Shown: positions 14,081-27,699 of the stretch, piece after piece
Layout: the number at the start of each line of letters is the position of its first letter
Position numbering within the stretch: the first letter of the stretch is position 1
Assembly (NCBI GenBank): GCA_965113315.1
Contig: OZ220369.1
Direction: 5' to 3' (one strand)
DNA from: Podarcis vaucheri
Lineage: Eukaryota
Length of the DNA stretch: 64,000 bases
Position numbers and translations under genes: made by a program
Notes under the pieces: generated by a model
Seen by the model: only the letters and a program-made list of their open reading frames with translations
The model's database searches: none
Told to the model about the DNA's origin: nothing

Positions 14081-14244
14081 NNNNNNNNNNNNNNNNNNNN
14101 NNNNNNNNNNNNNNNNNNNNNNNNNNNNNNNNNNNNNNNNNNNNNNNNNNNNNNNNNNNNNNNNNNNNNNNNNNNNNNNNNNNNNNNNNNNNNNNNNNNN
14201 NNNNNNNNNNNNNNNNNNNNNNNNNNNNNNNNNNNNNNNNNNNN
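14081..14244. other. Assembly gap (164 N) in intron 2
   Basis: Run of N. Confidence 1.
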
Positions 14245-16049
14245 ATTAGCTCCTCTCCTAACCCAAGTCAATCCCTCTTTCCACTAACTCCAGTAGTAAT
14301 TAGTACTAATAGATAATCAGCTGCTGTAGTCATTAGATTTTCAGCTCTGCTAGTTCTTTTGTCTGTCTTCTGTGTCCTTCTAATGGATAAGGAGCTCTTT
14401 TACTATACCAGTAACCCTCTAGGAGTATTGCTTCTGTTCCTTTATTACACCAGCTCTCACTGGCATAATGTTCCATAGGGTGCAAAGTGCTGCTTGTTTT
14501 TCTTCTTTTAAGGAAGAAGACACACATGCACACACACGTGCACACATTTGGAAACAGTTTGCTGCCTTATTTGCATGTAGCTGCAAATAATTGGAAATGT
14601 ATATTGTGCATTTTGGAATTTTGCTTTGCATTTCTGTTAAGACAACTCTGAATTGCTCAAGAGGCAGGAATTCAGAGAAAAGAAAGCCTTTAAGATTCAT
14701 CAAGCACCTTCATCTCAGGGATTACTAGCCCTGTGCTTGACATGCATGTGTAGGAAGAGAGAGAAATTTATAATCAAGGAAGATTCTAATCCACTTTTAA
14801 GACTAAACAAAAGAAAAATACAAGAGAGTTCAAGCTTTTGAGAAGATCTGTCCTGGGACCCAGCAGAAGAGGAGGAACTGTGGGGGTGGAGGTGGGAGAG
14901 GATTGAGTGCCTAGAACTGAAGTAGCTGTGAATTGGTTTTCAAAGAAGACTGTTGAAACAAAGGGAGATGGCTTAAAACCCTTCTTCCTAAAATGGGGCT
15001 TTAAATTTTGCAACTAACTCAGGCTCTGGCTTATTACTAAATCCACAAACATTTCCTGTTGAATTACTATTTTTCTTGATTAGCCATGCCGCTAAAGATT
15101 GGCCATCATTTTACTTTTAATAAATTAGAGTACTAAACTATTGGAAGCCTTCTGGGTCATTCTGCTTTCTGTTTTGAAATACTATCCTATGAAAATACTC
15201 ATCAGTGTTCTGGGCCATAGAACTGAGTCACAGGCACAGTGTTCTCATTAACTCTGAAGTACATAGTAGAGCAAACTGCTGATTATTTATGTGGAGTATA
15301 GAAACTGTGGCAATTAGCTTTATTCTTTAAATATTAATACCCCACTTTTCTTTGATTCAAAGCTGCTTACAAAAATGCCCACAGCTTACCAGTAAATCTT
15401 GCTTTGGGGACTTAACGCCTTTTGTGGGCATGGCTTTGTCTCCACATTGTCTGTGGCACTTAAAAGTACCTACCTCTTGGATAATTAATAGGATCAATGT
15501 ATTGAGCATTCGCTGTTCTGACATTATATCCAAGGAATCTTAGCAACTAACTTGCCTTTTCTGGACTCATGCTTTTCTCAGGGGCTTTCATGGCCAGCCA
15601 AACATTTAGCAAAAGATCTTCAGCATACCCATGCAATGAAAAATATGAATAGTTGTAATTATTTAGAATCCTAGAGCATTGTGCTCCTAGAATAATTATA
15701 TTTTAAATTGGTGGTTTTTCAAAAAAAAAAAACAAAACTATATGAAAATCATTCAGGGCCCAGAAGATCATTAGTTTGTTCTGTGATGCAGAACTCTGGT
15801 CATGAAAGCCCAGTTTATTCAGTGAAGCAGAATCAGTGCCAAGCTGTGCTGTACCTAGATGTAACTGAGGAGTTGTGTGGAAGAACCAAGCTCATTGGTT
15901 TTGCTTTATAGTCATTATAGTCATTTAGAGTCATTTATTATTAATATTACTTGTGAAGATCGCCAATGCCACACTAAATGTTTGCATGATGTTGGGACCT
16001 TCTCCTCCATCTCTGATTGACATAAATATTTTCCCCCTCCTAAATGCAG

Positions 16050-16526
16050 GGCTTCAGATAACAGGGAGCGTGCTTATGAACATAGTGCCTATGGACACCA
16101 TGAACGGGGGACAGGAGGATTTGATCGGACAAGACATTATGATCAGGATTACTATAGAGATCCTCGAGAGCGGACTTTACAACATGGACTCTATTACAGT
16201 TCTCGGAGTCGCAGCCCGAGCCGTTTTGATGCTCATGACCCCCGTTACGAGCCTCGGGCCCGGGAGCAGTTTACTTTGCCCAGCGTGGTACACAGGGATA
16301 TCTACAGGGATGATCTCACACGGGAGGTACGAGGCCGGAGGCCAGAACGGAATTACCAGCACAGCAGGAGCCGGTCACCACATTCATCCCAGTCTAGGAC
16401 CCAGTCTCCTCAGAGGTTGGCGAGCCAAGCGTCAAGACCTACTAGGTCCCCTAGTGGCAGCGGCTCTAGGAGCAGATCATCAAGCAGTGATTCAATCAGC
16501 AGCAGTAGCAGTACCAGCAGTGACAG
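16050..16526 (+). CDS. SPEN: SPEN exon 3 (477 nt; Arg/Asp/Ser-rich)
   Basis: Acceptor aaatgcAG|GGCTTCA, donor GACAG|GTATGT; encodes ASDNRERAYEHSAYGHHERG...SSSSTSSD. Confidence 0.95.
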
Positions 16527-17597
16527 GTATGTAAACGCCCCTGTCATATTTTCATCCTGGAATATGAATTCCCAAGGATTACCTATGGGATATTGCAGTG
16601 TCCTTTTCTTATTGCTCTATTCCCCTGTGCCCCCTGAAGACCTGTACCTTCAGCATTTGAGCCCCTGCTTAAGAATGAAGTTGTTGACATTTATATGTAC
16701 TACATTTCAAAATGTGTCAACTTAAATGGTGCCTCATGGAACAAAGTTAATATGATTGGTTTCATACGGCTTTCCCACTTCTATTTAAAATCCAGTGCCA
16801 ATTATCAGTCATTGTCTGCCTTGCTTTCTCTTCTCCCACCCCCTGCCTGCATGTGTTTTTTCCAGCAAATTTTGTTAGTTTAAAGGAGTAACCTTCTCTT
16901 AGTAATGACGCCTGAGAGATGAATGGAGTGTTGGTTTTAAACTGTGGCTGTAGCTGAATGGATTACTGTGGCAAAATAATGTTGTTCAAGCTTAGCAAGG
17001 ACTTGATAGAAGGATTTTTTTGTTTTGTTTTTATTTTTCAATGAAGAGCTGTGGGAGAATGAGAGAATTTTTGGAATAGAATGTGTATCATATGAAACTG
17101 GTTTTAAAGGACTGTATCTTCCTTCCCAGTCAAATTGCATGTGTGTACAGGCGACAGCCATTTTAGGCATGTCCAATTGATGAACGGGGGTGGAACGGGA
17201 CAGGGTGAGGCACACTTGTATGTACTGGCACACTTGCTTGTCCTCGCAAAGCCATAATTTGCCTATGTGTTTTATGTGAACCATGTCCTAATGTTCATTA
17301 CAGGTACTTGGGAAAAGTGCTATAGATGCTTGTAAATAATTGGTAGCTCTGAAAATTAATTTTCTCCAATCAGCAAAGGACTTTGCAAAAGAAGGGCCCA
17401 ACATTGCAATGTTATCCTCTATTGGTGTCTATAAAAATCTCACCAACTGAAATGTGTTTTCAGTGTTTCATCAAACTAATTTTTGTCTTCCTTATTCTAG
17501 TTAGTGCTTGACCACAAGTACAAGGTTTTTGCAGACTTGACTCTGGCATACTTGCCTGAAATACTGATTTGTGTTGCTGAATGTATTATTTCCAGCA

Positions 17598-18099
17598 TTA
17601 GATATATAAGCTATTTGCCAAATGGCACCTTAAATCTAGGTTACAATCCCCATTTTTTTGCAATGAAATTATTATTATTATTAATTTCATTTGTATACTG
17701 CTTTATATTTCAAAGAGGAAAAAAAATCTCAAAGCATTTTACAATACATTAAAACAGAAAATTAAACAACCCAGAATAAAACAAATGCAAGTTTCAAGGG
17801 AAATATTCCCTATATTTATTTACCTGCTTAATTTATATAGCTGCCCCATATCAGAAGTACTCTAGGAAGCCAGTGTGGTGTACTGGTTAGAGTGTCTGAT
17901 TGGGACCTGGGAGGTCAGGGTTCAAATCCCCATTCAGTCATGAAGCTCACTGGGTGATCTTGGGCCACTCACAGCCTCCTAACCCCTACAGTGACCCTGT
18001 GAGGTAGATTAACTGAGGAGCAGGATGAACCATGTATTCAAAGGTGGGATATAAATGCAATAAAGACTGTAAGTTCTTCTGCTCACCTTCTTAAGAAAG
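17598..18099 (+). repeat. Composite repeat copy A: unclassified AT-rich element plus an embedded Squam3-like SINE (17865-18063)
   Basis: Colinear with the reverse complement of 32315-32860; its 5' module is also present at 21669 and 36343. Confidence 0.75.
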
Positions 18100-18889
18100 C
18101 TGGAGGGGCCAGTCAGATGGAGATGTCAGAGGTCAACCTCTGCAGTTGGACCCGTAGCAGTTGCAGAACGTGCCTAGTGCCTGGGGAATTTCAAACAGTG
18201 ATTATTTCACATTGGGCTTGTGATACTCACATACTTGTGGTGAAGCCCAGCTTTCAAGTAATGTTACTGTAGAGACCACAGAGCTTCTTTTTATCTAGAA
18301 TGTGTTTCGAGAATTCCACTTGAATTATTTCTTGTGTTTTCTAATGTAGTTGCTGTGATTAATGGACTATGACTCTTTGGTTAAACCAGATGAACTTTAG
18401 AAAGAATTTGTCTTCTTTGTTGAAACTTGCCCTTGTCATGGATTTTTAAAAAATTGATTACTTGCATGTATCCTGAAACATGAAGATGAAAATTACTGTA
18501 GTGAAAGGTGCTAGAAAAACCACCATGACTTAACATTCGGGCTTCCTGAGACTTGGCTGAAGAGATTGGTTGCTGTCTCTTGCTTACCAGCCTCCTCTCC
18601 TGGAGTGAAAGTAGACTTTGGCAAACTTTATTGCATTACATAATACTGGCCATTCCCTCCTGTGGCACCCCCTCCTTTCTTTCCTGCTCTGGAATTTGCC
18701 AACTAAGGATGAATCACTTGCTTAAAATGGTATTTAGTGGAGTGTGGGTGGGTTAGGTGCTTCCTGTTCATGGGGACAATTGGGGAAAACTGCTTCAGAA
18801 CTTAGGCTCAACAAAGGCCATTTTCCATGTGCTTTTGCTCCTGGAGAAGCAATTTGAGTGGAGAACTTCAGCAGGAACGGTATGGTCTG

Positions 18890-18891
<2 letters not shown>

Positions 18892-18977
<86 letters not shown>
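18892..18977 (+). repeat. Compound microsatellite (GT)n(GA)n
   Basis: Seen directly. Confidence 0.98.
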
Positions 18978-20567
18978 TTAGCCTTGTATAAAAGATCTGA
19001 ATTGTTTCTGTTGCCTGTCATCCCCATGCTAATGGTGCAAACATTCAGGAACATAACTAGTTTCTTCCTTCCTTTCTTAATTTAATATTGGATGTCCCTG
19101 CCCCCACCCCTCCATGCATACACACAGTTCTTCAAGAGAAAGAGCCCTGTTCATTTTTACATATTACGTTGTTATGATATTTTTATGTATTTCTTTTAGG
19201 ACAAAGAGAACTTTCTTAAGCCAGAAGCTGAATGACTAAAACGCCTGTTGGCTAGCTTCGGTTGCAGGGTTGTAAACTGCGGATTGTGTTAGCTTCTCTC
19301 TAGAAAAGTAATTTCAAAAGCTGCCCTGTCAGATATGCCTTTCTCTTGCTCTTTAAGGCTCTCCTTAGCTGCTCAGTCTCTTCCAGAGGTGTTAACATTC
19401 CTTGCCTTAAGCTGTCCCCTACTGTTCAGCAGTGTGGAGTGTAGCTATCAGGCATGTTGATTTGTGTGTCTGTGTTTAGCCTTTCTTTTCAAGGCTGCTT
19501 GCTAGGATGTTCTGTTCCTGTTCATTCAGATGCTTTGCATTCAAAAGCATTTCTTGAATAATTCCGTCTTGAGGCTTTGTTTTCATTTGTACAGGTCTAA
19601 GTCAAGGTGCATTTGCATATCAGCCATGTTTGCAGGGAGTTTATTTGATTTCTGTCTCACCCTTTAGCAAGTTCCCAGTGTGGCGTAGCAAAAATTATAA
19701 TTACAGTGAAACGAATTAAAAGAAAAACACTGGTATTCCACCTTCCCCCACTCAGATAAGGTGGCCAGAAAAATGTGGGCAAACCAGGCCTCAGGTCTCC
19801 ACAGCTGATAAGGGAGGAGTAGCCTTGTATGCTGTGGGAGCTGCTGTGTCCAAATAGTGTCGACTGTGCAAGGACCTCCTTGTTTGTGTTCCCAGAACCA
19901 GTCTGAACTGGAATCATCCAGTCGGATTTGGCCGTGTGCCACCTCCCAAGAGGCTGTGTTAGATGTAGGTCCTGCCGGCCTGGTGTTTTGTTTGTACAAA
20001 GCAGAAAGTTGTGGGAGAGAGCTGAGAGCAACAAGCAACTCCTCAGCCGCTGTGACAGACAGGGACCTCTGGCCATCCCTAGAAGGGAAGGGCTGATCCC
20101 TGGATTTGAAGGGGTGGCTGCTTTAACCTGGGATGCGTACTCTCCGAGGCACACAGCAGTGCAGAAAACCTTTAATTAGGCACACGCTAAAGAGCCAGCA
20201 TCTTTTGAAGTGCTGACTGTTGCACCTTCTATGCTTTATTCATCTTTTGTGTTCAGTCATTATGAACGCTCTCTCTTTATTAGCCCCTGCTGCCTTCTCT
20301 GCAGCAAAGGACTGAAGATTTATTTCCTTTTTTTCTTCCAGTTTTGAATTTTGCTGTTGAAAGTAGTGAGCTTGGGCAAAACAACCCCCAACCAGAGCTA
20401 GGAGGCCTAACTTTAGAACTTGTTTATGTGACCCCCCACTCCAAATATTATTTGATGTGGAGAGTTAGAATTTTTGCCTGATTGACCTGTTTATATTGTC
20501 AGGTCTTCACCCCTCACCCACTGTTGTCATCTTCTACTTTCTCTTTTTCAGGTTTGGCTGAGCACAT

Positions 20568-20737
20568 TTATTTATTTGTTTTATTTATCCTATTTTTGCC
20601 CCCCCCCCTTCCTCCATGAAGCTCAAGTTTGCACACATAATTCTCCCCATTTTATTTGTGAAGGGGGAGTGACTGGCCCAAGGTTGCCCAGTGAACTTCA
20701 TGGCTGATGGGGGAATAGTATGACACTCAACTCCTGA
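20568..20737 (-). mobile_element. Degraded Squam3/MIR-like SINE
   Basis: gtgactggcccaaggttgcccagtgaacttcatggctga core with an A-rich tail on the minus strand. Confidence 0.55.
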
Positions 20738-21668
20738 TACTTTTGAGTTAATTAATGCAAGAAAACTGATTAATTTGATCATTGTGTAGTTTGTGTGTTG
20801 TGTACCTCAGATAGAATTGCTATAAAATTGTTATTGTTTTTGTTCTTGGCAGAAAGAGTTGCAAAGTGGTAGTGATGGTATTGGTAGCATTGAATTAGAA
20901 AAGGGACATACAATTCTTGTTTTCCAGTATCTCTTCTGTTCTGTGATGGTAGAGTTTCTACTTAGGAAGTTAGATACATTACAAGAATTCTTGTAATGTA
21001 TCCTTACTCTTACAAAGGATATAGAGTTGAATGAGAATACTGAACTGTCAGAAAGCTGGCAAAATCTGTAGCATCTAATTCTCTAGGTTGGGGTACTGAC
21101 TCAAATGCAAGCCTGGTACCCAGGAGCTGGCAATAATGTTGCCTTATTTTTGTGCAGCATTGGCAGATGTGATGACACTTAAAGGCACAGAAAATTAGTT
21201 TGGCATTGGAGTGCAGATGTTTAAAGTGACAATGACCAACAAGAGGCTTTGAAAGTCACCACTCCCACTTGTAAGTTGAACAAGACATTTCAGATCACAC
21301 CCCTGTTGTAATCTGCTGTTTGAGGAGTAGTGAAGCTTTTGTCTCCCTCGTTGACAGAATCCAGATTAAGAAAGATCAGGATCCAGTCTTTAGATTAAAA
21401 TAAGTGTAGCTATATCTTCTCCCACTCAAAAACACTCTCCATCTATCAGGATTTGAATAAAGGATTGACCTTATGGATATCGGTAAGACCAGTTTTGAAC
21501 TGGAAAAGTGTTTTCACAGCTGAAACTCTGGCTTTAGATCTCCAGAGCAAGTGAGAGAACACTGGTCATTTAATAATATTGGATTGTGTGAATTGTAGGC
21601 AGCTTGCACAACTGATCTTCCCTTGAACTCCTCACCAAAAGCCTCTCTAAAAGGCAAGGCAAGGCACA

Positions 21669-21790
21669 CAGTGTTAGAAATGCCAATCGAAATATAAGCC
21701 AATTGCCAAATGGCACCTTAAACCTAGGTTATGAGCACCACAACAGAATGCCTAGGTGCTGTTCCTCCCCCAGTAAAAATAATAATAAGT
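21669..21790 (+). repeat. Composite repeat copy C (5' module only)
   Basis: cagtgttagaaa...tataagccaattgccaaatggcaccttaaacctaggtta matches 17598 and 36343. Confidence 0.7.
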
Positions 21791-21829
21791 ACCTGAATGA
21801 GTGTACTAAGATTTTGATTGAAAATAAGG

Positions 21830-22960
21830 GATTGCCAAATTTGCCCTATTACTACATCAGGAATGACATAGCACACATGATTAACCTGATGGCAAAATGG
21901 CCTACTCTGTGAGGACCATAACGCCTTACTCGTCACTTCTACCTAAGGAGTATTGCTACTTAAGGTCAAACACCTCATATAAAATTATCACTGTTGCCAT
22001 GAGTGAAACTGAGGGAGAGGGCAAGGATATAGGCGTGCCAGCAGATTGTGAGTTAAGCGAGGTAAGAAGAATGCAGTGAAGTATGTCTTCTGGTTCCATA
22101 GAAAGGCGCCGTTGGGAAGCTTTCACAATTACGGCAAAGGAAATAAAATAATACTGTCGCCACAAAGGTTGTTCTGGAACTAGAAGTAACCAGCAAATGC
22201 TTCTAGACAATGTTTCACATTTGATTCCACTGTGGACAGCTGTGATGGTCCCATTCTATGGGTATAGTGGTGTTACAGCTGCAGTGCTTCCAGTCAGGCT
22301 TATTTCGAGTGTACAGAATTCAAACATACGACTCTACCTGTGCATCTGGGTGACTTCATTTTCAGGCATAGTCAGTCATTAGAGGGTACCAGGAAGCTTG
22401 CTGCTGCAGCTCAAACTACATCTGTGATCATTGAGGACGATAGGAAAGAAATGGTTCAAGAAAAGGTGACTACTTGATGTGCTTCTGAACCTAGTGGGGG
22501 AGGATTTCTGAACATTCCCAGGATCACATGTTATTCAAGACAATGCTCAACAGAAAAGCAAATACAGTAACAATACCTAGGAAAGACAGATAATGTACCG
22601 CGTCCAATTTCTGAGAAGGATGACAAAGAGAAGGTGATTCACACATGCCAGAGTATCATCAATGTGCTAGAAGTGATAAAGTCACACTGTTTGTATACAA
22701 CCAAAGAAGTGCATGGAAACATCCTAGCAGAAGAACCTCTGATGCTCTGTGTGGCAGAGTTGAAGGACAATGAGAACTGATTTTAAAATTGATTCTTAAT
22801 CTCAAGTAACAAAACATTCCCATACAAGGAAACTAGAGCTTAGCAGTTGTACAGAAAAGAAAGAAAAATAGGAGCTGATGGTGGTATTAGACGGTCTAAG
22901 CAAGGCAGTCAAGTCCTTAAGGTTCCATGAGTCAGTGGAGGGTGAAACCATGTTCTGTTG
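21830..22960 (+). mobile_element. Possible highly decayed Gypsy-like pol (RNase H/integrase) remnant
   Basis: Only faint motif echoes: LIPLWTAVMVPFYGYSGV resembles VIP..LR..VL..LH.GH.G, and QTTSVII resembles integrase TTS..VI. No intact frame. Confidence 0.25.
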
Positions 22961-23314
22961 TCTTAACAAAGTTAATAAAAGGACACCATGTCATATAAAA
23001 GGTGTGAGTCTTACCCCTGCCCCCGATAAATGTAAGATAATAGGGTTAGTTTTGGGTCTGGTTGTAGCAATTGTCCTATCATTTGATTATTTGTTTGAAA
23101 AACTTCTTTCCTGAAAAGCGAATGATTTTTGGGCAAAACCACCACATGTGTGGTGGTGTTGTTAATTTATTTTTGTATTTGCACACTACCCTTTATCTGC
23201 AGATCTCAGGGCTGTTCACAACATACTAGAGAGCCTGGTAAATTGCATTTCTGCCAGCAAAGGTTGAATGTGTTATGATCACTTCTCTATAGTCTTGCTA
23301 GGCACGTGTACCAA

Positions 23315-23669
23315 GAGACACGGGTGGCACTATGATCTAAACCACTGAGCCTCTTGAGCTTGCTGATCATAAGGTCAGCAGTTTGAATGTGCGTGATGGG
23401 GTGAACTCCTGTCTCTTTGTCCCAGCTCTTGCCAACATAGCAGTTTGAAAGCAATACTGCTGCGGTGGGAAGGTAAATGGCATTTCTGTGTGCTCTGCCT
23501 TCCATCATGGTGTTCCGTTGAACCAGAAGCTGTCTAGTCATGCTGGCCACATGACCTGAAAAAGCTGTCTGTGGACAAACACCGGCTCCCTTGCCCTGAA
23601 AGCGGAGATGAGTGCCGCACCCCATAGTTGAATTCGACTGGACTTAATTGTCCAGGGGTCCTTTACCTT
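23315..23669 (+). mobile_element. Sauria SINE (POM-type), diverged copy
   Basis: gagacacgggtggcac...aaccactgagcctcttg...tcatgctggccacatgacc...caggggtcctttacctt; homologous to 33022, 46470 and 63421. Confidence 0.88.
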
Positions 23670-23689
23670 GCCTATCTTTACAGCATTTT

Positions 23690-24890
23690 CTCAAGTTCTA
23701 ATTGAGATTAATCCAAATGGTAGTTTATTCCAAATTTGTTCCCAGAGTTGTTTCTCTAATTTTTCTCCAAAGTCTTTCCCTGTTTTAGTCTTAATGAAGT
23801 GAGAGGAAGGGTAGCCAATTGTGTGAGGATTTTATATAGTTGGGAGACGACCTTTCTCAGTGGATGAGTTGGTTGAGTTGAGTAGATGCTCCAAACTGTT
23901 TAAGCTGCATAATGCTTGGGTCTTTATATTTGATTGATTTAGAAAATGTAAAATCTGGTGTACCTCTAACCAGCCATATTATCTGTCTCCCAATTGAAAA
24001 TAATAATTCTGGAGCTGTAAGGAGCTTTTGATTAGTGTAGAAGTCTCTGAGTTTATATAATCCCACTGTTTCCCACCTAGGAAATCAGCCTGATTTGGCT
24101 GCTGTGTGAAAGGAAGTGTTGAGTTATTGGGACTAAAGAGTGAATCAAAAGGTAGAAGTTCAGTCTCCATTACTTCCATATGGTAAAATCTGATTTTAGA
24201 AAGTGGTTAATAGCAGATTTGACCAAGGTAAAAAGCAGGAGAGACAGTGGGCAGCCCTGCTTTGTGCCCTGACCAATGGGGAATGTCGAAGAGAGTTCCC
24301 CATTCACCAAAACGTGGACTAGTAGTATAAATTATAAAGCATATCAACCCAGAATGCACTAATGCCAAAGGAACATTGAATTGTAAAGATATATTGCCAG
24401 TTTAAACCATTAAATCCCTTTACTGCACCCAGCATCAAGAAAACAATACATTCTGGATGTGATTAACTCTAAAAAAAATTGTATTGAATCCTTCTAATAG
24501 AGAAGGCCTTAAGAATCTGACTTGGTGATGGTGGACATAGTTGGGTGAAATTTTTGAAAGTCCTCTGACCATTATGCCTGTAAATAATTTAGCATCCACA
24601 TTAATCAATGAAATAGGTTTATATAATTCAACTTGTTCAAGTTCTTTCTGTGGTTTGGGTATGACTGTGATAAACGAGATATGCCAAGTTTCAGGAATTT
24701 GGCCTCTATTCAGTATGTCAAGAAACAATTTCAGAAGAAAATGTGAGATTTTTCTGTTTTGGATTTCTGCTAAGTCTTATTAAATTTTGGATTTATTTTT
24801 TTCTTCTAGGAATTTTGTGAAGATTTGGGAGTCCAATGGTTCAGATTTATAGAGTTTTGTACAATTTTTTTTAATCCCGTAGAACTTACT
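23690..24890 (-). mobile_element. L1-clade LINE ORF2 (reverse transcriptase) remnant
   Basis: Minus-strand translation ITVIPKPQK...YKPISLINVDAKLF...VHHHQVRF, and GTKQGCPLSP (~24240-24270), match conserved L1 RT motifs. Confidence 0.8.
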
Positions 24891-25599
24891 TTTGTCTGTA
24901 GATTCCCCCCTCCCCCCAAAAAAAACTTTGGGCATTTTAAGAGAGTGCATCACTTGTTTTGCTGTGTGTGACATCTTCTTAAAGGTGCTATGCGTTTCTG
25001 AGGGAGCCAATCAATCCTTCTGAATGTCATGGAGCATTATGTAGCATATTCTCAGAGACATGATGACATGTGGGAGGAATACAGTGACCTAAGGAACAAG
25101 AAGTCATTATGCAGTAAAAATAGGCAAATCGTTTGTCATATACAGATTTACACCTTTATAGAAACATACAAATTTGGCACTAATCTTTCTGTAACCTTAT
25201 GAAACTGGAACACAGAAATATTTTGGCAACTGAGCCAGTAAACGTTTTCAGTGGATGTTCCCAGGAAACATGCTATCTTCTTGGAGACTAAATTTTACAC
25301 TATGTTATAATTTCTAAATAGTGTCTTACAGCTTTAAAAACAATGAATCAGTGCATATAAAGCTCCCACATTCTTCAGTCTGGTCTATTTCATTTACTGC
25401 CCACACATTATACTTCTGGAATTCTTGCAGATCTTGGTGATAACAACTTTAGCTAATAAATACTTTTCTCAATAATTGACCATGTGTATGTAGATGTGTA
25501 TGTGTATTTGCAGATATTTGCAGCTGATGCTGGTATGTATGTTTACATGAATGTTGAATGTGTGTATAAATGTTTTTGTTTTTCGTCAATTTCTGGAAG

Positions 25600-26115
25600 A
25601 GCACTGCAAAATGCTGAGAACAATTACAAAAATATGGCACAGGTTTGGAGTAAATCACTGATTGAACTTTGGCACCAGTTTGGAGTAAATCAAGACTGTT
25701 GGATTCTGAGTGGTGTTAACTAGGGGCCCTGGTTAGATATATCACTTACTGTACTTTGGGTGGGGGGAGGGGGGAGGGCACGAGCTGCAAAGTGTAGAGT
25801 TTGCCCTACAAAATGCTGCAAAGCAGCTGCAAAATGTTGATAGTGGTTTGGAGTGAATTGGACAGTGTTGGTTTCTTGGGTGATACCTGTGACCCCCGCG
25901 GGGTTTGAGTACCAATTACTCATTTTTGGAGTGCTGCAAAATGTGGGTTTTGCACTGCAAAACAATTGCAACCGCTTGGCACCAGTTTGGAGTAAATAGG
26001 AGGAGAATGATGTATTTTGAATGGTGTTGATGACAAGCTCCGGGTTGATGTATCACTTACTATGCTTTGAGCATGCTTCAAAAAGATTGCAAAAATTTTG
26101 TGCCTGTTTGGAAGG
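25600..26115. repeat. Decayed tandem repeat/minisatellite
   Basis: Recurrent gtttggagt(a/g)aat at ~25643, 25678, 25846 and 25985; tatcacttact twice ~310 bp apart; many ctgcaaaa. Confidence 0.6.
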
Positions 26116-27311
26116 GGTCCCAGATTTCAGGATTCATAGTTAATGGAGCTATTGGTACGAACAGTGTACTGTTTGGTTTTGGGCAATATAACCCTGTCCC
26201 GTAGCCTAGCATGTCATTGACAGACACTAAATAAATACATAAATAGTGTGACAGTCTGGCTCTTATGACTATCATTTCTTGCTGGGTCTTTTGCTGCTGT
26301 TTTTGCAACAGCAGGTGTGGGTGGCAATCTTCTGTGCTTTCCCCAAACCTTGTTCAAGGACAACTCTGATCAAAATGGTCTGACATTTGCTGTCCATGTA
26401 TCTACACATAGCTATATCTGGAGGATGCTGTTCTCTGCATGGATGTTTGCTACTTGCATTTAGAAATTTTATTTGTGCATAAGGTGCCCATGAGTGTATA
26501 TATTGGAAAAAGCACTTTTACAGCTTGGTAGACTAAAAAACGGTTGTGCCACATCACTACTGTTGCTGCTTATCGCTAGAACACCTGAACCTGGGTTTTG
26601 TAAATAGCTGCTCACATGATTCCCATGAGGAAATGTCTTCAGGTGATCAGGTTGAAAATTTTTCTGTAAACTTGTAGGGAGTGTGGCTAGTAACTTCTAA
26701 GGACATACTGTCTGAACCTGCTCAGTTTTCACACCAGGTTTTCAAAAACAGGCCTTAGGGTTGGGAATGATTCTTTTCTGCTATGCTGGCTGAAGAAAGA
26801 CAATTCTCAGAAGTTCTTGGAAAGTTTGACCATAACCTTGGGTTGCTTTGGTTACTCATGTTCCCAGTTGGGGAATTAGACTGTGGATGAACTCAGTTCC
26901 AGATATTGGTGTGAATTTAGCACTACTTGTCATAAATAGAAAGAATGTTTCCAAGAGATCCGAATTTCAAGCTTTCATGGCTAATTAGCAGTGGAGCATT
27001 ATGTTTTGCATGTTCACAGTTCTAGATTTAATACCTGACATCTCTACCAAAAGGATTCGGGGAATGGGAAATCTCTGTCTGAAATCTTGGGAGAGCTGAT
27101 ATCATATTCAGTTGAAAGCTTATTGGGCAGCTGAACTGGAAAGATTCCAGGAGAGCTGGTGCTAGTCAGAGTAAGCCATACTTGCTGAGTATTCTGAATT
27201 GCAGGCCCAAAAGAGAGCCTGAGTGAGTGGTTTGATGCAGGGATACCAAACAAGGATGTCAAAAACGCCAGACTGGCCATTTCTAGTGTTTTATTAAAGA
27301 AAGGTGTAAAC

Positions 27312-27699
27312 CAGGGGTCAGCAGGGCTTACTGGGCATGGGCTGGATCACTCCCGCGGAGATCCTCTGTGGGCTGAACTGGTGCAGTTGGAAATTGCGCC
27401 TGCGCATGTCCACAGCGCCGGAAAATGCTTCTGCGCATACCCAGGCGCCCGAAATCATGCCTGCACAGAAGCGATTTCTGGCGTTTGGGCATGGACAGAA
27501 GTGATTTCTGACATCGCAGACATGCGCAGACGTGATTTCCGGAGCCAGGGAAGAGAGTCCCCGCGCCGTGCTGTGCCAGTTTAGCGCAGTGTGCGGGGAC
27601 TCACCGAACGGGCAGCTCGGTTCAGGGGTGGCTCATAGGCCGGTTAAGTGACCCTCATGGGCCACTTCCGGCCCATGGGGCTTAGGTTGCCGACCTCTG
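27312..27699. mobile_element. hAT (Charlie-like) MITE with 8-bp TSD GTGTAAAC
   Basis: TIRs CAGGGGTCAGCA / CAGAGGTCGGCA; TSD at 27304-27311 and 27700-27707; CpG-rich internal inverted subrepeats. Confidence 0.88.

Noticed and set aside
13956-14316. ORFs spanning poly-X
   Set aside because: Artefacts of the N gap.
19668-19760. Acceptor-like ctcaccctttAG with an in-frame stop downstream
   Set aside because: No convincing matching donor; insufficient support as an exon.
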